Assembly: GCA_964605725.1 (NCBI GenBank)
Contig: CAZSDQ010000003.1
Location: forward strand, 1 to 46,264
Source: an uncultured Candidatus Saccharibacteria bacterium
GTDB taxonomy: Bacteria > Patescibacteriota > WWE3 > UBA101185 > UBA10185
DNA: 46,264 bases
Direction: 5' to 3'
The position numbers were made by a program, and so were the translations under genes. Under the pieces are notes generated by a model. It was not told the DNA's origin. It did no database searches and saw only the letters and a list, made by a program, of their open reading frames with translations. Below are positions 37,537 to 44,723 of the stretch, in pieces (positions within the stretch are counted from its first letter, which is position 1; every line of letters starts with the position of its first letter).

Positions 37537-38245
37537 CCTTTAATTCTTTAGTCGATTTATTTCCTGCAATGTCGACTACTTCGATTTTAATTTCTACATC
37601 TCCTTCGGATGCGGATATAAAGTAACTGAAGGATAGGTCTGACTTTTGAATTGCAGTTTTTTCGTTTATTGTAATTGTAGCTTTTTCGTCAATTTTTCCT
37701 TCTATCTCTATTCTCTTGTCTAAGTTTTTGACTGTATCCCCGTCCTTTGGTTTTTCTATTGTTATTTTTGGAGCGTCCTTATCATAGTTAATAATTAAAA
37801 ATTCTGAACTTTCGCTTTCATTTCCTTTATCATCGTAAGATTTAGCAAAGATTGTGTTTGTTCCAACATTTAGGTTTATATCGCTGAAGGTAAATATTCC
37901 GTCATTCCCGGCCGTTGTGGAACCTTTTTCAGGACCGTTGACAAATATTTTTATGAAAGATCCCGGCAATGCTCTACCGGTAAGAGTTACTGACTCTTTA
38001 TTTATAGCTTTAGGTGCATCTATGAATACCGGGGGTATTGGTTTAGGAGTTGGGACATACCCTGGATCATTTCTATATTTTGAAAAGTATCCAAATAAAG
38101 AACCTACCTGTGGTGCAAATAAAAAAAGACTTAAGATTCCTATAATAACGATACTCCATATTCCCAACATCCTTTTTCTAAGTCTGTCTCTTAGTTCTTT
38201 TTCTGATATTCTTTTCTGCTGAATCCCTGAACTTGCTGCTGTCAT
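37514..38245 (-). CDS. Single-TM protein with two bacterial Ig-like domains
   Basis: TM then VTLTGRALPGS.IKIFVNG...G.FTF...L..G.NTI and DKDAPKITIEKPKDG...DIAGN. Confidence 0.7.
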   Translation of the reverse strand: MTAASSGIQQKRISEKELRDRLRKRMLGIWSIVIIGILSLFLFAPQVGSLFGYFSKYRNDPGYVPTPKPIPPVFIDAPKAINKESVTLTGRALPGSFIKIFVNGPEKGSTTAGNDGIFTFSDINLNVGTNTIFAKSYDDKGNESESSEFLIINYDKDAPKITIEKPKDGDTVKNLDKRIEIEGKIDEKATITINEKTAIQKSDLSFSYFISASEGDVEIKIEVVDIAGNKSTKELKVKYVKGQ

Positions 38246-38256
38246 AAAAATATAAT

Positions 38257-38278
38257 ATCACAATAATGTGATTGTGAT
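38257..38278. promoter_or_regulatory. Inverted repeat between galU and the Ig-domain gene (terminator or operator)
   Basis: ATCACAAT-N6-ATTGTGAT, overlapping the extended -10 of the downstream gene. Confidence 0.35.
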
Positions 38279-38281
38279 TTT

Positions 38282-39160
38282 TTAAATAATTTCCTTTTTA
38301 ATAAATTCTGTTAAGTCTTTTTTAAGATCATCTCTTTTCATCGCAAATTTAAGTGTAGTCTGAATGAATCTTAAAGGATCCCCGGTAGTTAACCACTCCC
38401 CGTCGATTGGTTGGGCAATAACTTTGTCTCCTCTTTGAGCAATGTTGTTTATTATGTCTGTTAGCCAGAGTTCGTTTCCTTTTCCAAGCTGTCTTTTCTC
38501 TGCTTCCATTACAACGTCGTAAGAAAGTACAAATCTTCCAAATTGTGCCATGCGCGAGGGAGCTTTTTCCATAGCTGGTTTTTCAACAATACTTTCAATT
38601 TCGTATTTATAAGGAACATTGGTTTTATAAGTTACAACTCCGTATTTTGAGACTTCCCATAACGGTACTTCTTGAACTGCAAGTATTGCCTTGGGATTTT
38701 GTTCTTTATAAACATCTATTAACTGTTGAGTCACCGGTTTATCCGCCAAGGTCATATCATCTCCGAACATGTATACAAAACTTTCATCTTTGTTTAAATA
38801 TTTTTTTGCGGCGAGGATAGGGGAGCCATTTCCGTAGGGAAGTGATTTATCTTGTGGTTTAAACCTAATTTTTGCCATTTTTGAAATGCTTTTTATTGTT
38901 TCTGCCAGTTCTGTTTTTCCTGTGTTTTTTAAAGTATCTTCAAGTTTTTTATTTCTTGAAAAGTAGTCATTGAAAGTTTTAAAACCCGGTCGGGTAATTA
39001 TGATTATTTCTTTAATTCCGGAATCGACAAGTTCTTTAACCAAATAATGGATAATGGGAGCATCTATGATTGGCAGCATTTCTTTAGGAACACTTTTTGT
39101 TGCTGGGAGAAATCTAGTACCTAGTCCTGCTGCTGCGATTATAGCTTTTTTAATTTTCAT
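38282..39160 (-). CDS. galU: UTP--glucose-1-phosphate uridylyltransferase
   Basis: KAIIAAAGLGTRFLPATKSVPKEMLP, GNGSPI, FGDD, IVEKP, GELWLTD. Confidence 0.9.
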   Translation of the reverse strand: MKIKKAIIAAAGLGTRFLPATKSVPKEMLPIIDAPIIHYLVKELVDSGIKEIIIITRPGFKTFNDYFSRNKKLEDTLKNTGKTELAETIKSISKMAKIRFKPQDKSLPYGNGSPILAAKKYLNKDESFVYMFGDDMTLADKPVTQQLIDVYKEQNPKAILAVQEVPLWEVSKYGVVTYKTNVPYKYEIESIVEKPAMEKAPSRMAQFGRFVLSYDVVMEAEKRQLGKGNELWLTDIINNIAQRGDKVIAQPIDGEWLTTGDPLRFIQTTLKFAMKRDDLKKDLTEFIKKEII

Positions 39161-39216
39161 AGGATTATTTTATCAGATTTGGGTGTAAAGTTTTGGGAAA
39201 AATAAATTCGAGGTTT

Positions 39217-39257
39217 AAAAAATGAGGGGTAGTTAAAAAAAGCTTTTAAGCTACCCC
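39217..39257 (-). terminator. Intrinsic terminator
   Basis: Minus strand GGGGTAG...CTACCCC stem followed by TCATTTTTT, just after the 39266 stop. Confidence 0.55.
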
Positions 39258-39265
39258 GTGAGTGA

Positions 39266-39445
39266 TTAGAAAATTGCAATTAACAATACAACTAACACGA
39301 GCAGAATTCCGAAAATAAGAGCATAGACTAACATCGTGCTTTCCCCTGGAAGAGAATCCGGCTTGATCTTCCGTTCTTTTTCCTCTAACTCATAATCAAT
39401 TTTTGCGTATTCTTCGTCAGAACAATTACGAGCTGTGTTTAACAT
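39266..39445 (-). CDS. 59-aa small protein with a C-terminal TM helix
   Basis: AAGGAG Shine-Dalgarno 8 nt before ATG 39445 (MLNTARNC...), so this internal start is preferred to the track's 39529. Confidence 0.6.
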   Translation of the reverse strand: MLNTARNCSDEEYAKIDYELEEKERKIKPDSLPGESTMLVYALIFGILLVLVVLLIAIF

Positions 39446-39547
39446 TTTTCTCTCTCCTTTTGAATAATGGTTTTTAGCAATTATATCAAAAAAGAAGGCA
39501 ATCAGACTTGCGAAATTAGAAAATTTCATCTGACTGCCTTTGATTGG

Positions 39548-39754
39548 TTACCTTGGGTAGCCCTTTTTTGGGGTTGCCATTGGTTTCGGTTTATTGGCTT
39601 CAATTTCTTTTTTTTGAACAAACCCAATAAAAGCGCAAAAACCGATTCCGATTAATGGCCACCACCACCAACTGGTCTCAGTGGCGGACATAAAAATTAC
39701 TACGCAAACCAAAATACCAATCTCCCATCTTTGCAATCTTTCATTTTTTTTCAT
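39548..39754 (-). CDS. 68-aa two-TM small membrane protein
   Basis: GAGGAG Shine-Dalgarno before the ATG; two hydrophobic segments separated by WWWWP. Confidence 0.65.
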   Translation of the reverse strand: MKKNERLQRWEIGILVCVVIFMSATETSWWWWPLIGIGFCAFIGFVQKKEIEANKPKPMATPKKGYPR

Positions 39755-39877
39755 CTCTTCTCCTCTTTGAGATTAGTTTTTATTTTATTGTTATCATTAT
39801 ACCCTATAGTCATATATTTGTCCATAGGAATTAAGTTGAATATTTATAAGGGTTTGGGAATTGATATTTAGCTTTAT

Positions 39878-39919
39878 TGGAGCCGAAGGTGGGAATTGGG
39901 AACTCAGCCTAACGTTTAC
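39878..39919 (-). pseudogene. 3' half (42 nt) of a split tRNA-Thr, with a damaged T arm
   Basis: GTAA-ACGTT-AGGCT-GAGTTCCCAATTCCCAC-CTTCGGC-T-CCA; complementary to the 5' half at 40317-40349. Confidence 0.85.
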
Positions 39920-40149
39920 TATTTTGTTTCTAAAATAGATATTCTTTTATCGTGATTATCTATTTTTTCTTTGTTCATCTTATACATATCTCCGTAAAAA
40001 CCTATTGTATTTTCTAAAGAAATTAGTGATGCTGTGTGATTGTCTAGTTTTGAATAAACCTCGTTAAAATTTTCATTTGTTTCATTTCTGAAATCTCTGA
40101 ATTCTTTTTGAAGATTAATTATCAAACCTGATAAATTTTCATTAGGCAT
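39919..40149 (-). CDS. 76-aa coiled-coil hypothetical protein inside the split tRNA
   Basis: Open frame with heptad-like pattern; TAATAT 6 nt before the ATG; its TAG stop overlaps the first base of the tRNA 3' half. Confidence 0.7.
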   Translation of the reverse strand: MPNENLSGLIINLQKEFRDFRNETNENFNEVYSKLDNHTASLISLENTIGFYGDMYKMNKEKIDNHDKRISILETK

Positions 40150-40218
40150 GGTTGGATATTAGTTTATTTATTTTATAAAAACAAGATGGTATTTCTATTG
40201 ATAATAGAGGTAATGTGT

Positions 40219-40293
40219 TGGAGCCGGTGGTCAGAATCGAACTGACAACCTAACGCTTACGATGCGCTTGCTCTACCATTGAGCTACACCGGC
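40219..40293 (-). tRNA. tRNA-Thr(CGT)
   Basis: GCCGGTG/CACCGGC acceptor, GCTC/GAGC, AGCGC/GCGTT with loop AT-CGT-AA, GTCAG-TTCGATT-CTGAC, U73 and CCA. Confidence 0.95.
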
Positions 40294-40316
40294 AAAAGAT
40301 ACTGGCCGCAGCGTCT

Positions 40317-40349
40317 GATACGCTTGCTCTACCATTTAGCCACTTCGGC
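40317..40349 (-). pseudogene. 5' half (33 nt) of a split tRNA-Thr
   Basis: GCCGAAG-TG-GCTA-AATGGTA-GAGC-A-AGCGT-ATC; ends at anticodon position 34. Confidence 0.85.
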
Positions 40350-40416
40350 GTATAAAAATAAACTTTCGTTTAATATCTTACCTTGGCGATCAAAATAATT
40401 CTAAATTTATTAATAA

Positions 40417-40475
40417 GCTCAATCGCAAGGTTCTCGAGCGAAGCGAGATGGTTCTTCCCATTGAGCCACTATGGC
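40417..40475 (-). other. tRNA 5'-end fragment extended into a GC-rich hairpin element
   Basis: GCCATAG-TG-GCTCAATGG, then TCTCG-CTTCGCT-CGAGA, closed by ATTGAGC pairing with GCTCAAT. Confidence 0.7.
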
Positions 40476-40515
40476 AGATAAAATTTCGACTATTAAAACC
40501 TAATATATCTTTATT

Positions 40516-41172
40516 TTAATACTCAACCTCGTAATTATTACGTATTTTACTATATTCGCAAAACTTACACGAAGGGTTCATTTCAGGAACAGGTCCTTCC
40601 AACAGATCATCAACTTCTTTAATAAACTTGAAAAAAGTATCTTCGTCTGTAGGAATTTCCATCCACTTTGGAGGGAAATTAACCCTGGAAGTTTCATCCA
40701 TAAAATCAACATTTTCAGGATAGAAAATAAGTAGCCCCATTTTTGTAATCTTTATAGGTGTACTCGAAACAGGGTTTTCAAGTGCAAATTTATATGAAAA
40801 CAGCTGGGTCTTGTATTTTTCAATTTTCTCTTCTGATGGCAGTGATATTTTAAGGTCGACGAGAGTATAGGTACCATCAGGATTTTTACATAAAAGGTCG
40901 TATTTACCTTTTATATAGCAAGACGTATTTGGAATAGTTTTTGATTCCACAAATATTTCTTGATTAACCACAGTACAATCAGGTAAATCCACAGAGAGCG
41001 TTATTAAATTTTTCCCTATTAATTTTGTTTGAACCATTGAATTTAAAGTTGTAAAAACACCCGGGAATGGGGTAGATGGTCTTGGGATATTTTCTTTTAC
41101 CTTCAAGTAAAAACAGCGTTTACATTCTTCGTATAAATACGCAAAATCAGAAGGTGATAATTTATAATTCAT
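40516..41172 (-). CDS. PD-(D/E)XK nuclease superfamily protein (Cas4/RecB-like, stand-alone)
   Basis: LSPS...ECKRC, KGKYDLL, LVDLK, C-terminal CKFC. Confidence 0.8.
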   Translation of the reverse strand: MNYKLSPSDFAYLYEECKRCFYLKVKENIPRPSTPFPGVFTTLNSMVQTKLIGKNLITLSVDLPDCTVVNQEIFVESKTIPNTSCYIKGKYDLLCKNPDGTYTLVDLKISLPSEEKIEKYKTQLFSYKFALENPVSSTPIKITKMGLLIFYPENVDFMDETSRVNFPPKWMEIPTDEDTFFKFIKEVDDLLEGPVPEMNPSCKFCEYSKIRNNYEVEY

Positions 41173-41246
41173 ATCTTATTTTAACACTGAAAATTTAAAA
41201 TATCCTTTATTTTTCGGAAAATTATTAATTAATGTAGAATATAAAT

Positions 41247-41837
41247 ATGAAAAATACATTACCTGAATTAAATTATAATTTCGATTCTCTAGAACCCTAT
41301 TTGGATACAAAAACTATTGAGATACACTACTTAAAACATCATCAAAATTATTTAAATAAACTTATAGAGGCTTTGGACAAACACCCAGAGCTTAGTGAGA
41401 TCTCTCTTGAGGATATGCTAAGTGACTTGAATAGTGTTCCTGAAGATATAAGGACAGCTGTAAAAAACAACGGAGGTGGTCATTTTAACCATTCTTTTTA
41501 TTGGTCAATTATGAATCCTAATCCAAAAAAATTACCTTCGGGTGAACTTTTAGCTAAAATAGGTGATTTTGAGAAATTTAAAAAAGATTTTACAGATAAA
41601 GCATTGGGTTTGTTCGGAAGTGGTTGGGTTTGGTTGGTTTTAAATGAACAGGGGGATTTAGAAATATTGCAGACTAGCAATCAAGATTGTCCTTTAAGTA
41701 TGGGAAAAAAGCCACTTTTAACAATTGATCTTTGGGAGCATGCTTATTATCTCAAATATCAAAATAGAAGATCGGAGTATATTGAGGCGTGGTGGAATTT
41801 AGTTGATTGGGAAGCAGTAGAAAAATTATATCGCTAG
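41247..41837 (+). CDS. sodA: Superoxide dismutase, Fe/Mn family, Mn-type signature
   Basis: HYLKHH, NNGGGHFNHSFYW, FGSGWVWL, NQD, DLWEHAYY. Confidence 0.93.
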   Translation: MKNTLPELNYNFDSLEPYLDTKTIEIHYLKHHQNYLNKLIEALDKHPELSEISLEDMLSDLNSVPEDIRTAVKNNGGGHFNHSFYWSIMNPNPKKLPSGELLAKIGDFEKFKKDFTDKALGLFGSGWVWLVLNEQGDLEILQTSNQDCPLSMGKKPLLTIDLWEHAYYLKYQNRRSEYIEAWWNLVDWEAVEKLYR

Positions 41838-43003
41838 AGCCATGTAGCGACCGCGTCTTCTCCAATTTTTACTACAGTTTTTTCTGGTCCCATTAGATAG
41901 ATTTCGTTATTATAGAGAGAGCCTCCTTTGTATACATTTATAAGTTCCCATCCTGTGGCTATATCCTTGTTAGTTGTATAAACCCCTTTAACCTTTACTG
42001 TGTAAGGTACTAAGGCCTTTAATCTATCTGTTTCGGTTTTAATTTCACTTTCATATTCTGGGTAAGGTGTCCAAAGTTTGGTCTGTAAGTTATATTTTTC
42101 GTAGGTTGTTTTAATTTTGGATCCGTCAGAAAAGTTATCCCAGTCTTCAGGTTTATCTACATAGTCTTTTTGTATCACAACTTCCCCTTCTAGTATTTTA
42201 TTTGCAGAATAATCTTCAGTATCCGTTGGTAATAAAAATTCATCAAATATACAGTTTTCAATATTTCCCTTACGTACTCCTTTGGCATAGATTAATTGTC
42301 CTGGTCTTGGGGTAAGATTATTCAAAAATGAGTTTGTTAGAAATTCGTTGTTATTTAACCATAAGACGTCTCCTCCAAAAACACATCCACTATCTCTTCT
42401 TGTCTCAACAGAGTAGGTTCTATTAGACCCCATGATACTAGTCCCGCTTTCGACGATTACATATCTACCATCAGGAGACCATGAAATATTTCGTTGAGTG
42501 TCTTGACCAGCAGGAATATTAAATTCCTGATTTGTTTTCAAGTTATAAATATGAATATCTTTATCACATTTAGTTTGATCGCCTGTTAAAAGACAATTTT
42601 TAAGGTAAGCAATGTAATTTTTATCAGTAGAAGAAGCATAAGCACTTACTCCATCAATTAGTAGTTTTTTTTCTTTGTCTATTGGGCTAATTATGTAAAG
42701 TTTATTATCTTCCGTTAACATAAGAATTTTTGATTCAACAATTTCTCTTGGAACTTGTTCTTCTTTTCCATCACCATCAATATCGATACTTGAAAAAGGT
42801 TCTGAGGGTTGGTTTGAGGGGGATTTATTTTCTTCTACAGTTTGATAAGAAGGTATTTCTACAACTTCTTTCTTTTTGGAAATTAGTGAAAATATTATTA
42901 AAATAATTAAGGCTACTATTCCTAGTGTGGCAAGAACAAGATTTTTGTTAGGTGATTTTTTATAATTACCTTTCATTTCGCCGTTAATCTTTTCTTTATT
43001 CAT
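41834..43003 (-). CDS. Membrane-anchored beta-propeller-like (TolB/PD40-type) protein
   Basis: N-terminal TM, DIDGDGKE Ca-binding-like loop, ISWSPDGRY repeat. Confidence 0.55.
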   Translation of the reverse strand: MNKEKINGEMKGNYKKSPNKNLVLATLGIVALIILIIFSLISKKKEVVEIPSYQTVEENKSPSNQPSEPFSSIDIDGDGKEEQVPREIVESKILMLTEDNKLYIISPIDKEKKLLIDGVSAYASSTDKNYIAYLKNCLLTGDQTKCDKDIHIYNLKTNQEFNIPAGQDTQRNISWSPDGRYVIVESGTSIMGSNRTYSVETRRDSGCVFGGDVLWLNNNEFLTNSFLNNLTPRPGQLIYAKGVRKGNIENCIFDEFLLPTDTEDYSANKILEGEVVIQKDYVDKPEDWDNFSDGSKIKTTYEKYNLQTKLWTPYPEYESEIKTETDRLKALVPYTVKVKGVYTTNKDIATGWELINVYKGGSLYNNEIYLMGPEKTVVKIGEDAVATWL

Positions 43004-43061
43004 AACTTGAAGTATAGATTAAAAAAATTAAAAAAGAAAGTTTTTGTATTATTTAAGTTAT

Positions 43062-44315
43062 TTATGGTAACTTTGTTGGGTGTTTTTTAGAATTGTATAG
43101 TTCATTTAGGTGTTTGTTTAATTCCGGACTTTTAGCCGAGAATTGTAAAATAAGTTCTTTGAGATAAGGGTCCATATCAAAAAGGAGTTTTAACTGTTCT
43201 CTAATTTTCTTAGTATTACCAACTTTTTCAATATTATTGTTCAACCAATAAAATAACTCGGAGGCAAATATCTGCCTCACGTTTTTATCTCCGTCGGTTA
43301 AGTTTTCAAAATAAGATAAAATTTCGGATTCAGTGGGCTCGGGGTTTTCTACAGTACCTATGCCATTCATTATACTAGCATAACCACCAAGAACTTCATT
43401 TAAATCATCCTCAGGTTTTGGATCTTTGTTCATTCTAGAGATAACCGTCAAAGCCCCTAGTGTAAAAAAACTAATCTTCTCCATCAGGCCAGAATAGGTA
43501 TCGGAATGAGGGACAAAAGTCCTGATTCCGTATTTCTTTCCTAGCTCTACTAATTGATCGTCGAGATTTCTATGATGCGAATACCTCCCATTTTCTTTAG
43601 GTAAGTAGGTATAACCCATTTTTTCTACCACTTTCCTTATTATTTCATCAAGCTGGTCATGGGTATATTTTATAAGTTCATTCCGAATATACTGGCATTT
43701 ATTCTGCTCTTCGGAGGTAATATTTGGCTCACGTACAGATTTTTCCAATCTTACTATTCTTTCTTTTATCTCTTCGTTCTCTTCTCCTAAATTTAATTCT
43801 ATGTTTATATAACCATTATGTTCCATATAATTTTCTGGTTTTTTGCCTCTCCAAATTATCACTGAACCTTCAGGAATTTGAATATCCCCAGACCAAAAAG
43901 TATCGAAGTGAGTAATATTTTCAGGAACCCCGTTTAATTCAAACGCATTTTTTCCAGGCATTATAACTATAACTTCCGATGTACCCCAATAACCTCCTGG
44001 ATTATCATTTACGAGATGGTTTATTGAAGTGTGGTTGGTGATTCTTGTTTCATCTCCGTTAGTTACAGTCGCGAGGGTTGGGAGGTATAACCGTCCATCT
44101 GGCGACTGTCTTATACAGCTTGAATCTTTCAAAGCTTTCACAAAACAGATTTGTTCTAGAGTTATCTCTTGGCTATAATTTTCCCTATACCTAGGATCAC
44201 AAAATGCTGGTGTCTCTGACCAACTTTTTCCAACAGGCTCGATCATACTTAAGGTTGAATCTAAGGATAGATTTTCTACTTTGGAGGGGTTTGTTTCAAA
44301 AGAATCCGAAGACAT
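43062..44315 (-). CDS. Hypothetical soluble protein (417 aa)
   Basis: Long ORF with TATAAT 6 nt upstream; no family motif recognised. Confidence 0.7.
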   Translation of the reverse strand: MSSDSFETNPSKVENLSLDSTLSMIEPVGKSWSETPAFCDPRYRENYSQEITLEQICFVKALKDSSCIRQSPDGRLYLPTLATVTNGDETRITNHTSINHLVNDNPGGYWGTSEVIVIMPGKNAFELNGVPENITHFDTFWSGDIQIPEGSVIIWRGKKPENYMEHNGYINIELNLGEENEEIKERIVRLEKSVREPNITSEEQNKCQYIRNELIKYTHDQLDEIIRKVVEKMGYTYLPKENGRYSHHRNLDDQLVELGKKYGIRTFVPHSDTYSGLMEKISFFTLGALTVISRMNKDPKPEDDLNEVLGGYASIMNGIGTVENPEPTESEILSYFENLTDGDKNVRQIFASELFYWLNNNIEKVGNTKKIREQLKLLFDMDPYLKELILQFSAKSPELNKHLNELYNSKKHPTKLP

Positions 44316-44427
44316 ATGACTATTATATAGTAACAGTAATATTTTTAAATAATTAATGTATGAGGTATATTAAAAAAATTTGGTAGTTAATGGTAAAAAA
44401 GCTAGCATAACCTTTAAGGGGTATCTT

Positions 44428-44529
44428 TTAGCAAAACATCTTAGAAATAACTATATTACGCCAATTGGTACTATCTCCGAATGAGATTCCAGTTATCGGA
44501 CCGGCGCAGTAAAGCAAACACTCCTTCAT
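44428..44529 (-). pseudogene. Truncated nucleoside 2-deoxyribosyltransferase-like gene (33 codons)
   Basis: AAGGAG-N5-ATG; MKECLLYCAGPITGISFGDSTNWRNIVISKMFC* resembles the YxAGPI.G...W.R N-terminus of that fold. Confidence 0.55.
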
Positions 44530-44679
44530 TTTTACTCCTTTTCTATTAGTAGGTTAAAGTTATGAAACATCGTACAATTATTGCATCGATATTTCAATGG
44601 GGGTATGGAAATATTTGATGGGGATTTGTAAAGTATTTATATTTGTGAAAACAGCGAAGAATATTTAGAGTGGGAGATT

Positions 44680-44723
44680 CTATCGGAACTTTGAACTTCT
44701 GGAGACCCAGTCGAGTCTAGGAA
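44680..44723. repeat. Repeat copy A (left arm plus core) of an att-like site
   Basis: 37/44 identical to 46140-46183; abuts the NUDIX stop codon. Confidence 0.85.

Noticed and set aside
39920-40316. Group I intron in the tRNA-Thr anticodon
   Set aside because: A U|...G| splice register would leave a 5-nt loop, the insert is AT-rich with no recognisable P/Q/R/S core, and the flanking T arm is broken.
40310-40325. UGA-decoding tRNA (loop TA-TCA-GA)
   Set aside because: It needs an off-register stem and has no T arm or 3' acceptor strand; TGA is used as a normal stop in uvrB and pduO.
44483-44500. Fourth copy of the att-like repeat (GAGATTC...TATCGGA)
   Set aside because: Only two 7-nt blocks with a gap match, and the sequence is explained as the GPITGIS codons of the truncated ORF.
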